From the NCBI GenBank assembly GCA_964497325.1, contig CAZCCM010000001.1, forward strand, positions 10,103-74,102: 64,000 nucleotides of DNA, in the 5' to 3' direction. Source of the DNA: an uncultured Lachnospiraceae bacterium. GTDB lineage: Bacteria; Bacillota; Clostridia; TANB77; CAG-508. Positions 49,101 to 58,217 of the stretch are shown here, piece by piece (position 1 is the first letter of the stretch; the number at the start of each line of letters is the position of its first letter). Both the position numbers and the translations under genes were made by a program. The notes below the pieces were generated by a model. The model was given only the letters and a program-made list of their open reading frames with translations, was not told the origin of the DNA and did not search any database.

Positions 49101-50421
49101 CCCTCTTAGTCTCAACAAACTTTGCTGAATTTTCAAACGCATTATTATGATTTGCTTTCCATTTTACAAAACTATCGTAATATGCTTCAAAAGCTTCAGC
49201 TTCGGATTTAAGTTTCTTAGCTCCATCAGTTTGAAATATATGTCCTGTGTATCCTTCATCATCAGGATATTGATCACCTTCCAATGACCATAATACTTCT
49301 TGTGCATCACCAGGATCTCCTACTACACTTCCATCTTTACTAGTCATTTTTGGTTTAGTAGCTAAAGCATATGCCGCTTGTGGAGATAAAGGTTTATTTT
49401 CTGGTGAAACCATTTCGTAATAGTTATTTGTTCTTATTCTATTTTCTTTATCAGCAATACTAGAACTACTATGGTCACCATCATAATCATTATCAGGATT
49501 ATAAGCGTCTCCAAATTCTGCTCTAATTGCATTATCAAGACTTTTTAAAACCATTTTATTTATATTTTCACTTGTTATTTCTTCAAAAAAATTTTCTATA
49601 GTTCCTCTATCTCCAAGATCTTGATTATTTCCTTCAACTTCCACAATCATATGTTTAAATTCATGGGCTACTTCTTTACTTTTCCATATATATGGAAAAG
49701 TAGGATTAGTTCCTGTATATACATAGTCAAAATTGTCTTTCATTTCTTGTTTTGTTGGACCTTTTTCTTCATATCTAACACCATAATCATCTAAATATTG
49801 CATTACATCATAAGATCCTGGAGCATCACTTCTTGAAGATAAATTGCTTAGTTTCCTATTTCTAGACTTAACAAAAGTTTCTAATCTTGCTACAAGTTCA
49901 GAATGTTTAGGTAATTTTAATCTCGTTGCTATTTCTCCTTCTCCTAAACCTTGTAAAAGTAATATGTGCTCATTTGCACAATAAATGTCTATGTTAGAAT
50001 AAAAATCTACGAATGTAAAAGGATTAAGTTTACCTGTAGAAGAAAACGGGTTATTTTCACTTTTAGGAATCTTATTATTTTCTTGATAATTATTATCAAA
50101 AGATTGCAACTTAGAACCTTCTGCTGTCCAAAATTCATCTCCCTCTTCTATAGAAGGTTCAACATTATATCCTTTTTTTGTTAAATATTTTTCATTTTCT
50201 ATATACCCTTTTGTTTGTGTATAAAACCCTTCAGACTTATCAAGTTCAATTGTAATATCATCTTTTTCACCTTTAAAAATTTTATCATTAATCTTAGCTG
50301 GTAATTTACCAGTTCCTGCATATACTATATTGTTTATTATAGGAGATATTAATATGATTCCTATAATTAATAGTGTAAAGATAATTATTTTTTTACTATT
50401 TGATATTATATTCTTTTTCAT
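43153..50421 (-). CDS. Giant surface protein (about 2422 aa). It has a signal peptide, an HExxH zinc-metallopeptidase motif near the N-terminus, Cna-B/SpaA-like beta-sandwich domains and a C-terminal single-TM anchor.
   Basis: The likely start is the ATG at 50421, 1 nt after the upstream gene's stop, with an AGGAGA RBS 9 nt upstream. 'KEVAHEFKHMIVE' lies at about 49660-49690. 'DGKYKFKNIPAGNFVVQLPY' is a Cna-B-like signature. The C-terminus is 'LTLNTMLIIMIGIAGVTVLIKVLMNAIQKNRVL'. Confidence 0.6.
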   Translation of the reverse strand: MKKNIISNSKKIIIFTLLIIGIILISPIINNIVYAGTGKLPAKINDKIFKGEKDDITIELDKSEGFYTQTKGYIENEKYLTKKGYNVEPSIEEGDEFWTAEGSKLQSFDNNYQENNKIPKSENNPFSSTGKLNPFTFVDFYSNIDIYCANEHILLLQGLGEGEIATRLKLPKHSELVARLETFVKSRNRKLSNLSSRSDAPGSYDVMQYLDDYGVRYEEKGPTKQEMKDNFDYVYTGTNPTFPYIWKSKEVAHEFKHMIVEVEGNNQDLGDRGTIENFFEEITSENINKMVLKSLDNAIRAEFGDAYNPDNDYDGDHSSSSIADKENRIRTNNYYEMVSPENKPLSPQAAYALATKPKMTSKDGSVVGDPGDAQEVLWSLEGDQYPDDEGYTGHIFQTDGAKKLKSEAEAFEAYYDSFVKWKANHNNAFENSAKFVETKRDIIFNSKSEKYKEGSWLVGPYKLDYLLSTVKNGNSEKYFAGMTNMKITGEYNDKSKTTIKEILKWSYFVPLQAKGTNLTAEQIAKGEVTSLKYGVPEPNQEFYIEIPFDENLIRIAELTASFRAVDYEASANYYAGIGEYIDFEADIEIEKFEKYSNAYLDVQKPKVKFDITPGDDVGTLTLDFSPYKPSEMHILDGWTREGNTLYKTIKWNEKSSSFTPARGFLYSYDGITAEGTSINGGSKEINFRSFSKPYKDLMYLDKSYQDMFPSESFNVIKYSENNDTYSFMSNINCSSGNYTYYYNQVYSIPKEYTSFRMYFITKGGQTDYIDIPAKEPPLEVTFLQIKNNVFMFSTNIETSMNGGSYSTGHGVHRNVLVAIFRTRGGQTKKITLKDLGKVEKKQNPNFTDKILGLFKNKRNESIPQETKIAEVTNTVEIGKTNKAKIDPDLALKNMPTSAKVNSDISIPTLNEGYRHVLFKTPDVLVVPKAMLSLEKTQPQMKVKGRLKYVDTTAKLIENKKIPDNPDVYKNAPAFVLPIGGKVWEDNPYGDKLSSYNFILNTGNEDKKDRMFEDITVRVNRLIIKNSDQSIVEKQAARVFEKGKYNAPITEKIKTNDKGEWGKYYLRDLGFTRKEIKKGYGSKTHSVKFEVEFEYDGIEYVPVPALASLSYNPDNYNLENAGKAVNDSMAVENTKARDTFNMNMGEINGSSEMDENRKTVGKAIGVEKAPENDYELNYEGKVNDKNRTVSTLETKRNTRASTLNTGILYPLGDVYEIDMEQAMSNKNATSETNGNFDLVIIMTKEKAEEYKNKEGVTVTDALDNKSVVVFHESNTHMENINLGLFKRRKVDLELESDLMLSIQFINKKALINTFANKYDLKKDENDGYSHLISKYSENYGDLQYQLEIYKADYIYRTAMYKDPDIKEALDTEAKRLAEKNKDQEGRELDVYLQYKQAITNYSQVDSAIVSGLNMYYDETLTPVLEKIEKEIDKEEIEDKNGTGKAAISGSNVVIGTPEYRIVTLDTNIKRNFDDVKAETEYEKIPGLTKSEPFIWTKKETNKGIGMLTTLDDKYGDMDIILPSARRLEVVTNFKVNKGKLFAENGDKVENSIRLGNKHHLTEIAGYATYNKYTGKVTGKVDRDSAPANINLGRLNFTKAGFDGNIKQDFSYLEDDSSVAPMITIKLETEAPREVSGMVWEEKRNNQIARVNMGDGIYNKDEEKPIPNKIVALEERVSIRAVDLSTEYKMEQGFDNKVLKDETNYVDIPYVWENKIEGTGIKISSLRDLIGFQSYMRTGEDGKYKFKNIPAGNFVVQLPYIISGNDITESIGILNKDTIETTKIVDIENRDKSPQVYNGQDFKVSIYDGGNKETLNETWLPSTPKENYSYGRDSEYSRYKLYQNSKNINAKIGGGLEILNIGHDKFDDETRKVIESTANMTAETPVINFGINYYGSVSKENILYNKFADVFALPGITKSNDGKKDVEVPNEAHTYNNVNIALEERPKTKIVLDKQITKLTLKSSEGTKLVDAEYETTYDAENIVIPNEDKNVLKAEKEDKKYDTKRKTQNGYNIGEYILKVKTEIKADSVNGDKVNPLNTIIYATKKPYWEENKSESGIYTNARGWENINIEDPAIRKSNGYIHLNFDKQLLSDMNIEMEYEVRAYNLGEVDRATIQENFKTQSIEDARKDDKVSKYVGTIAGSGEKYSKLNHEIDPDKYGFGRFFGKGYYTGDYTETSKIGDYKLYEETVSKTYVNKVLDYVDNSAVKDDLQTDEGWAQIKNIEELDSLIAVYDDSGNKTYKLETSLISDPDGKSYFKTGGSNIYMNEKMNEGLVPYYEYATAIARGTDKEKISPYQISSKIATKRLSSQQADEDLSFDNIAEIVEYSTDNGRRSTSSTPGNINTRLSETFDAENLEPDTGLAMLVTITPPTGLSKSQKTLRLTLNTMLIIMIGIAGVTVLIKVLMNAIQKNRVLPNEDENNK

Positions 50422-50422
50422 A

Positions 50423-53400
50423 CTATTTAATCTCCTTTCCATTTATTTTTCTTAATACGAGAAAGATCATTGCACCAATTGAGCTTATAATAGTTAGTAT
50501 TAATAATCCATAAGCTATTTTCTTTCCAGTATTTAAACCTAATATTAATTCTAAACTTACAAAATCATCTTCTTCTATATTTTTATTATTAGGAGTAGAA
50601 TCTCTATCCGGTAAACCTAAACTATTCTTAAATTCAGCAATTTCAAAATTTACTTTAGAAAGTCCTAAATTTTCTTTATTAAAGTCTTTAGCTAATGTTA
50701 ATTCTATGTTTTGTGCATTTCCTGGTTCAATATTATTAGAAGAAAGTGCTGTTGTAAATATATTTCTTTCATCATCAATTTGCCATGTTTTATTAAGCTC
50801 TGGTACGAATTTCATGCCTTCTGGAATCTGTGCATTAAGTCTTAATACATTTCCCTCAACTTCTCCCTCATTTAATACTCTTAACTTATATTTAACTAAT
50901 ACTTGTGTTTTGTTTAATTCACTTCCATTTAGTTCAATTTTTACATTTTTTCTATCATTAAAGTTATACTGTTTTGGTTCTTTATTTGATGTTTCTATTA
51001 TTACTTCTGATATTTCTCCATCTAAACTTAAATCAAAGTTTGATTTTTCTACAAGCCCTAAATCTACATTTTTAACACTTGCAAAATTAACTTGTATTCC
51101 ATCAGTAACAGCTACACTTTTATTTGTACGATTATCTACATTAACTTTAATACCTTTTGAGTTTTCATCATTACTGCTTTTTGCATTATATATAGTTGGA
51201 ACATACTTTTCATCATTATATTTAAATACTGCTGAATAATTTCCATTAACTATATTATCAAATTGATATTTTCCATTTTCATCTGAAACTGTTCTTGCAA
51301 CTACTTTTTGTGTTTGATTATCCACTAATTCTACTATTACTTTTCCTAAAGTTTTACTTTCTGAATTATATGTCCCATTCTTTTCACTATCTATCCAAGT
51401 TGTTCCTAAAATTGAATGAGTAACTGTAGCCGATGAGTCAGTTCCTAATCCATATTCTTTTTTATCTTCAGGAGATATATTTATTTCTCCCTTGTCATAC
51501 ATTTGTTTAATAACACTTTGTACAGCTCCCTTTTTTATGTCTAAATTTACTGTCTTTAAAACACCTTCCATTCCTGCTTTAAATGTTGCTATTTTTGAAC
51601 TAGATTCCCCAATTCCATTTATTTGTGCTTGTACAAATATTTCTAATTTTTTATTTTGTTCTATATAGAATGGATAAACATACTTTCTTTGACCTACTCC
51701 GTCATCTGCAATTGTTAGTACTGAATTTTGTTTTCCATCACTTGTTTTCTTATATATAGAATTAACTTTTATTCCTTCTGGTGCTTCAAATATGAAATTT
51801 GCACCAGGTATAAAATAAGAAGGCTTAATAGAATATTTTATAAATATATCTTGATTTTCTTGTACTGATGATAATTTTTTATTAGACTCATTATAATTAT
51901 CATGATTATATATTTCTATTCCTGATTCTATTGTTTTTTCTGCAATATAATTTGTAATAGAATTTGATTCAGCTGTTATAGCTTTACCATCTTTTTTAGA
52001 TGTTGTAGCAGCATTAAATTTTAAATCAACTTTTTTAACATATGATGCTGGTAAAGGATTTTTTAATTTTACCGAAATATCAAACTCTACAGTTGATCCT
52101 CCTCCTAATTCATCATCTAATAATTGTATTTTTAAAATATTTGTTACTTTATTATATTCTGTTACTTTATATAAAATATTTTTTGTTTCAACATATTCTA
52201 AAGTATTTGGTAATTGTAAAGTTAAATTAACCTTATTAAAACTTTCAGAATATGATGCTTCATTTGTTTTTTTATCATATATAAAACCTGTATTATTTAT
52301 AACTTTAACATTATATTTTTTAATTGTGTCAGGATATATATTTATTGTACTAGGTTCAATCTCTGCTTTATAATCTGACATTCTTACTTCAAGTTTTTGA
52401 CTTTCTATAGTACTTCCTAAAGCTTTTTTAGATTTAACTATTTCAAAATTCTCAGCAGCTACATTTACAGCTAATTCTATCTTTTCATCTTTTTTTACTT
52501 CTTTTGCAGTAAAAACTAAATACTTTTTAATTGACCCTCCTACTTTAATATCCCCTAAACTTATATATGCACCTTTTTTATTATCAGATAATCTTATAGT
52601 AGTTCCTGTTGCATCATCTCTTATTCCTTTAAACTCTAAACTTTCTGGTATGTTAATATATGTTTCAACTTTTTTTGCATCTGTTTTCTTTGCATCATTT
52701 GCTACTTCTAAAGAGTATATTATTTCTTCGTTTTCTGAAATAATCTCTTTGTTTGCTTTAATATCTATATTTAATTGAACACCCTCTCCTGTAGATAAAG
52801 CAACTGTGCTTGACATTTGAGCATATCTAACATTACCCTTTTTAGTATTAACTCCATATTCTGCAAAACTATATGTTTTTGCTATTTGGTTATGTTCTAA
52901 ATTTGCTGGAATTTCCATCGCATAATTAAATTTTAATAAAGTTCCTTTTGGAAGTTTATTATTTAAAACAATTAGAAAAGACTTTGCATTTTTTATATTT
53001 TCATTTTCACTCCATGCATTATTTACATTTTTTAAATCACTTGTTGCATTTGGATTTGTTGAATAATATATTTTGTAATTACCTTTTTCAGATTCAATTT
53101 TTTTAGCTAGTACCATATCAAAGCTTGAACCTATCTCTTCATTTGTAAAAACATTTTTGTTTAATTTATTAGGTATTCTTCCTATTATTACAGGACTAGT
53201 TACTTCTGAATCACTATTATTTAATAAATACATATGTGCATCAATAGTTCTTTTTCCTGATAACACATCTAATTTTCCTTCCTTATATCCTTGATTTATA
53301 GATATTATAGAATCATTATTTTTATTATATTTTTCAAATTCATTTATTAAAACTAATCCTTGTGGAGCATTATATTTTAAATTTCCTTTTATTATTGCAT

Positions 53401-55501
53401 TTCCATATTTTTCAAAATTAGCAAAAGTAGAACTCATATTCCAAGCTTCTTTTTTTGCATAATTTGTAGCTAAAACATTTGAATATTTAACTTGATATTC
53501 AACATTTTGGCTTGTTGCCCATTGATCTAATGTTATATCAGTATTAAGAACAATATTAGTACCATTTGTTAAATGTCCTGTACTTATACCATCTTGTTTT
53601 CCAGATAAAACTATTTGTACTATATGTTGAGCTCCTTGTTTTATAACTTTAGAACTTGCAATTTTTAAACCTTTTCCATGTATTAAGCTTGCATTTTTTA
53701 AATTAATTGTTTTTATTCCTTTTGGTAAAATCATTTCAAAAACTGTTTGCCCATAAATATCTGACGATAATTTATCATTATTAAGAGCTATAATAAACTC
53801 TATATTTTCATTTGTCTTAATAGTAGATAGTTCAGTCTTATTTGTTCTTACCAAAACATTTGAACTTGCATCTGTTAATTTAATACTATGTTTTATTTCT
53901 TTCAATAAAGTGTCTGCATTATTGTATACAACATATGCTTCTTTGTTTGTATTTAAAGTTTCTATATTTTTTAAAGTTTCTATATTATAAGAAGATTTCA
54001 CTAAACTTCTTATACTTTCTATAAATACTTCTCCTTCTTTTTTTGGTTTTGAAGTTTCTATTGTAATATTTGAAATTGCATTTTTAAATTCATATACATA
54101 TTTATTATTTATTGCTAAACTTTTATTGTCTAATCTTTCTAGTAATTTACTTCCAGAATATATATTAATATATCCTTCTCCAAAAACTTCATCAAACTCT
54201 TTTTTGTTTATTTCTATCTTTTTATATATAAAGTTTTTTTCTATATTTCCATTATTATATTGAGGTTCATTTTCTACAATCTTTATTGAATCTGTTATTT
54301 CAACATTTGATACATCTAATTTTATTTTAGATTTTACAATATTTTCTTTTACTTCAGTTGCAAAAGAGTTTACATAAAGTATACCTTTAGATATGTTAGA
54401 AATATCAGTTGTTTCAGATATATCAATCAATTTACCTGTTTCTTTATCTAAAATTGTGTGCATACTTAATTCTTTTTGATTTTCACTTAATTTTGAATCT
54501 CCTGTCAAAACATATTGTTTAACTAAAAACTTTGAATCACCTTCATATTTTTCTAAATCTTTTTCTATCTCATAAAAAGAAGTAATTAAAATTTCTAAAT
54601 TTCCATCACCTGCAGAATATGTTTGATTTTCATTTTTAGCATTTTCAACTTCAATAATTAACTTATTATTTTCTTTATCCCAAGAATAAAAATCTTTTTC
54701 TAAAAGAATATTTTCTTCTTTATTAAATAAGCTTGCTTTTTGTATAGAAACATTTATAGCTTTAGGAAGTTTTTCTCCTAATTTTAATAAGCTTGTTTCT
54801 AAAGCTATTTTTTGAGTTGGTAAAATAATTTCTTTGTTTTTATTCTTTATAGTAATTAAATTTTGTAAAACTACTTCTTTTCCATTTGTTGTCTTTTGCT
54901 TAATGTATTTTTGAATTTGGTTAGAAATCTCAATGTCTTTATTATCAATCCAATTTAAATTTAAATTTGTTCTTTTATAAACATCATATTTTCTACCTTG
55001 TTCATTTACATATTCTCCAGTTAATTCAATCTCACTTTTATTAAGTAAGGTACTTGCATCTACATCATCTACACCAATATATTTAATTGGTATTTCTATA
55101 AATGTTTCCGATGTACCTTCTATTTGATTTAACTTAACCAAATAACTTTCAACTGATTGAATTAAATCAGATTCTTTCTCTGGATTAACAAATTCATATG
55201 TTAAGTTCTCTGGATTACGAATTTCAATTTGTCCTCCATTAAAATACCCTTTTTCTTTTACATTTAAGAAAAGCCTAACTTTTAAATCCTGATCATTTAC
55301 ATCTGCTTTGATAGAATCTAAAGTTTCCTCTCCTCTTTGAAAAGATAAATTTGCATCTACAAATCTAGTAGACGTTTTAACGTTTGTTTGATTCGCTGCT
55401 ACTTCTTCTGCAACAGCAAAAGCTGTAGTTCCAAAAATAGGCATTAATAATGCTATTAATAAAACTATTTCTATTAATTTTGATAATATTGTCTTTTGCA
55501 T
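50423..55501 (-). CDS. Large surface protein (about 1692 aa) with a signal peptide, repeated Ig/Cna-B-like domains and a C-terminal TM anchor with a basic tail
   Basis: The likely start is the ATG at 55501, 5 nt after GGAGG. 'ENGKYQFDNIVNGNYSAVFKYNDEKYVPT' is a Cna-B-like signature. The C-terminus is 'LGLNTGKKIAYGLLILTIISSIGAMIFLVLRKINGKEIK'. Confidence 0.6.
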   Translation of the reverse strand: MQKTILSKLIEIVLLIALLMPIFGTTAFAVAEEVAANQTNVKTSTRFVDANLSFQRGEETLDSIKADVNDQDLKVRLFLNVKEKGYFNGGQIEIRNPENLTYEFVNPEKESDLIQSVESYLVKLNQIEGTSETFIEIPIKYIGVDDVDASTLLNKSEIELTGEYVNEQGRKYDVYKRTNLNLNWIDNKDIEISNQIQKYIKQKTTNGKEVVLQNLITIKNKNKEIILPTQKIALETSLLKLGEKLPKAINVSIQKASLFNKEENILLEKDFYSWDKENNKLIIEVENAKNENQTYSAGDGNLEILITSFYEIEKDLEKYEGDSKFLVKQYVLTGDSKLSENQKELSMHTILDKETGKLIDISETTDISNISKGILYVNSFATEVKENIVKSKIKLDVSNVEITDSIKIVENEPQYNNGNIEKNFIYKKIEINKKEFDEVFGEGYINIYSGSKLLERLDNKSLAINNKYVYEFKNAISNITIETSKPKKEGEVFIESIRSLVKSSYNIETLKNIETLNTNKEAYVVYNNADTLLKEIKHSIKLTDASSNVLVRTNKTELSTIKTNENIEFIIALNNDKLSSDIYGQTVFEMILPKGIKTINLKNASLIHGKGLKIASSKVIKQGAQHIVQIVLSGKQDGISTGHLTNGTNIVLNTDITLDQWATSQNVEYQVKYSNVLATNYAKKEAWNMSSTFANFEKYGNAIIKGNLKYNAPQGLVLINEFEKYNKNNDSIISINQGYKEGKLDVLSGKRTIDAHMYLLNNSDSEVTSPVIIGRIPNKLNKNVFTNEEIGSSFDMVLAKKIESEKGNYKIYYSTNPNATSDLKNVNNAWSENENIKNAKSFLIVLNNKLPKGTLLKFNYAMEIPANLEHNQIAKTYSFAEYGVNTKKGNVRYAQMSSTVALSTGEGVQLNIDIKANKEIISENEEIIYSLEVANDAKKTDAKKVETYINIPESLEFKGIRDDATGTTIRLSDNKKGAYISLGDIKVGGSIKKYLVFTAKEVKKDEKIELAVNVAAENFEIVKSKKALGSTIESQKLEVRMSDYKAEIEPSTINIYPDTIKKYNVKVINNTGFIYDKKTNEASYSESFNKVNLTLQLPNTLEYVETKNILYKVTEYNKVTNILKIQLLDDELGGGSTVEFDISVKLKNPLPASYVKKVDLKFNAATTSKKDGKAITAESNSITNYIAEKTIESGIEIYNHDNYNESNKKLSSVQENQDIFIKYSIKPSYFIPGANFIFEAPEGIKVNSIYKKTSDGKQNSVLTIADDGVGQRKYVYPFYIEQNKKLEIFVQAQINGIGESSSKIATFKAGMEGVLKTVNLDIKKGAVQSVIKQMYDKGEINISPEDKKEYGLGTDSSATVTHSILGTTWIDSEKNGTYNSESKTLGKVIVELVDNQTQKVVARTVSDENGKYQFDNIVNGNYSAVFKYNDEKYVPTIYNAKSSNDENSKGIKVNVDNRTNKSVAVTDGIQVNFASVKNVDLGLVEKSNFDLSLDGEISEVIIETSNKEPKQYNFNDRKNVKIELNGSELNKTQVLVKYKLRVLNEGEVEGNVLRLNAQIPEGMKFVPELNKTWQIDDERNIFTTALSSNNIEPGNAQNIELTLAKDFNKENLGLSKVNFEIAEFKNSLGLPDRDSTPNNKNIEEDDFVSLELILGLNTGKKIAYGLLILTIISSIGAMIFLVLRKINGKEIK

Positions 55502-55917
55502 TTGAACCTCCATTCAATTTTCTTTAATGTAATATTAATTTTTGCATAACCAATTATTTATATCAAACCGCTTTTTACTATATATATATTAAAAACATTT
55601 TTTTATAATTTTAAAACCATTCTTTTCTTTAATAAATATGCTTTACAAGGCTTGCAGGTAATTTATGTAACATTTTAACAACATTTTTTTTAATATTTTA
55701 AAAATTTCAGCTTAAATATACAATTTTATTTTTTTATTTTTTTTAATAGTTTTTATTTTTTTTGTTTTTTTTATAATTTTATTTTGTTTGATATTTTTCA
55801 GCTTTATATTTTTATATTTTTATTTTTTTATTTTTTTTAAATATTTTTTTATAAAAAAATAAAGAACAAGTTTTATTTTTAAATTATTCTAAATACCCTT
55901 AAATCAATAATTTAAAC

Positions 55918-55977
55918 TTTTTCTTTTGTTCTTTTTTATTTTTAAAATTTTTCTTTTGTTTCTTTTTTATTTAAATA
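55918..55977. repeat. 30-bp direct repeat x2 in the long AT-rich region upstream of the surface-protein operon
   Basis: 'tttttcttttgttcttttttatttttaaaa' and 'tttttcttttgtttcttttttatttaaata' sit inside a 615-bp non-coding stretch with phased T-tracts. Confidence 0.6.
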
Positions 55978-56128
55978 TAAGTTTCTTTTTTAGTTTTCCA
56001 TCTTTAAATATCTAAAAAAAACATTAAATTATCTTTTTTTCATATAATTGTTTTTCTGTTTTCTCTTTTTTAACAAAATTATTTTTTATATAATTATATT
56101 ATAGCATAAAAGTTTAATTCACGCTACT

Positions 56129-58216
56129 TTATAGTATATATGTTCCCTCTTTTTGAACAGTCATCTTTTCTTTAATATGTACTGCATTCATTCCAATGTA
56201 TTCTTTAATAATTTCTCTAGCTACAATTGCTGCTTCTCCACCACTTTGACCATTTTCAATTACAACCGCTATAGCTATTTCAGGATCTTCATATGGTGCA
56301 AAACATACAAAAGTACCATGTACAAAATCTCCAGCTTCAGCTGTTCCTGTTTTTCCTGCTATTGTAATTGGTAAGTTTGTAAAAAGATATGCAGCTGTTC
56401 CTCCACCTGAAGTAACTTCTCTCATTCCTCTATGCACTGCATCTATATCACTTTGTTTAAACTTTATTTCTTCAGGCTCTTCATATCTATATCCTAATTC
56501 TTTTGATATAGATTTATTAATATCTTCTCTTGATATTGCTGAACCAGTTGAGTTTATAACAGATTTAACTAAAGTCGGTCTAACAACTTTTCCATTGTTT
56601 GCAACCATTGCAACATATTTTGCTAATTGTAAAGGAGTAAAAGAATTATAGCTTTGACCAATAGCTGCAGATAAAGTTCCTCCCTCTGTCCAAGTTTCAC
56701 CATTATCTTTTGCTGCCTGTTTTCCTGCAGCTGTTCCTGAAGACTCACCTTTTAGTTCTACTCCTGTTTTTTCTCCTAATCCAAAATATCTTATATATTT
56801 TTCTAATGTATCTATACCTAATCTATATCCCATTTCATAAAAGAAAACATTACAAGAATTTGATAAAGCTCCTACTACATTTAATGATCCATGTCCTCCT
56901 CCAGAATATCTATAAGTCCAACATCTTGGATTATGAGCTCTATTGTATATTCCTGAACAATAAATAGTATCATACTCTGTAATCTTCTTTTCATTTAAAG
57001 CGGCCAAAGCTGGAACCATTTTAAATGATGAGCCTGGCGAATATGTTCCTTGTATTGCTCTATTCATTAATGGATGTGTTCTAGAATTATATGTCTCCCA
57101 ATCTTCCTCTGAAATACCTCCTAAAAAATTCGAAGGAGAAAATGTTGGATATGAAGCCATTCCTAAAATTTCACCTGAATTTACATTTAAAACAACTGCA
57201 CTACCTCCATTAATTTGATAACCTTGATTCCTTAAATTAGAGATTCGTTCTGTTAAAGCTTTTTCAGTAATTTCTTGAACACTTTTATCTATAGTTAAAA
57301 TTACATCCGATCCTCCTATAGCTTCTTTTACCGTATAATCACCAACAACATTTCCTTCTATTGTCATCTCTATTTGTTTTAAACCATCTTTTCCTCTTAG
57401 AAATTCTTCAAAAGTTCTTTCTATTCCTGTTTTTCCAATTACGTCATTCATTTGATAACCTTGTTCTTTTTTTGCTTCATATTCTGACTCATCTATTCTT
57501 CCTATATATCCAATGACATGTGCAGCTAAAGTTTTTATATTATATTTTCTAGAAGGTTTGGTTACTACATTAACACCAGAAAGAATACTTGAATCTGCAG
57601 TTATTTCTAAAGCTGACTCTCTGGAAATTTGTTCAGCTATTTCAAGACCAGATACCTGTCCATAACCTTTCTCATCTATTAATTCTCTAATATTTAATAT
57701 TCTTTCTATTTCTTTAACATCATCCGTTTTTATTTTGTATCTTTCTTTTAGTAAATAAAAAGATTCTTTTGCAGATGCTTCCTGTGGAATATCTTTTCTT
57801 TCTTTCCAATCTGCTAAACTCTCTTCATCAATTTGTTTAAATTTAAACGGATCTGTACTTATAATTAAGCCTTTATTATATTTTTCTTTATTTTTATTTA
57901 AAATTTCTGTAAGTTTTAAAGCTAAAGCATTTAGCTTTTCATCTGTTGTTTGAGTTTTATATAATTCCAAACCATAAGTTAATTCTGTTGTTCCTAAAGG
58001 TTTTCCTGTTCTGTCTAAAATATTTCCTCTTTTTGCTTTGATTAAAGTTTCTTTAATTAATCTATCATTAGATTCTTCTCTATATTTTAATCCATCTAAA
58101 ATTTGAATTTTAAAAAGAGCTACAATTAATATAATACCAACAGTGTATACCAAAATTAGTAATAAGTTATATCTAATATTATTTTTAATTAATTCTTTAT
58201 TTTTATTTTTTTTCAT
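56129..58216 (-). CDS. mrdA: Penicillin-binding protein 2 (elongasome transpeptidase MrdA)
   Basis: 695 aa with an N-terminal TM. Motifs are 'SPGSSFK' (SxxK), 'SNSCNVFF' (SxN) and 'KTGTAE' (KTG). It lies directly downstream of mreCD. Confidence 0.8.
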   Translation of the reverse strand: MKKNKNKELIKNNIRYNLLLILVYTVGIILIVALFKIQILDGLKYREESNDRLIKETLIKAKRGNILDRTGKPLGTTELTYGLELYKTQTTDEKLNALALKLTEILNKNKEKYNKGLIISTDPFKFKQIDEESLADWKERKDIPQEASAKESFYLLKERYKIKTDDVKEIERILNIRELIDEKGYGQVSGLEIAEQISRESALEITADSSILSGVNVVTKPSRKYNIKTLAAHVIGYIGRIDESEYEAKKEQGYQMNDVIGKTGIERTFEEFLRGKDGLKQIEMTIEGNVVGDYTVKEAIGGSDVILTIDKSVQEITEKALTERISNLRNQGYQINGGSAVVLNVNSGEILGMASYPTFSPSNFLGGISEEDWETYNSRTHPLMNRAIQGTYSPGSSFKMVPALAALNEKKITEYDTIYCSGIYNRAHNPRCWTYRYSGGGHGSLNVVGALSNSCNVFFYEMGYRLGIDTLEKYIRYFGLGEKTGVELKGESSGTAAGKQAAKDNGETWTEGGTLSAAIGQSYNSFTPLQLAKYVAMVANNGKVVRPTLVKSVINSTGSAISREDINKSISKELGYRYEEPEEIKFKQSDIDAVHRGMREVTSGGGTAAYLFTNLPITIAGKTGTAEAGDFVHGTFVCFAPYEDPEIAIAVVIENGQSGGEAAIVAREIIKEYIGMNAVHIKEKMTVQKEGTYIL

Positions 58217-58217
58217 T

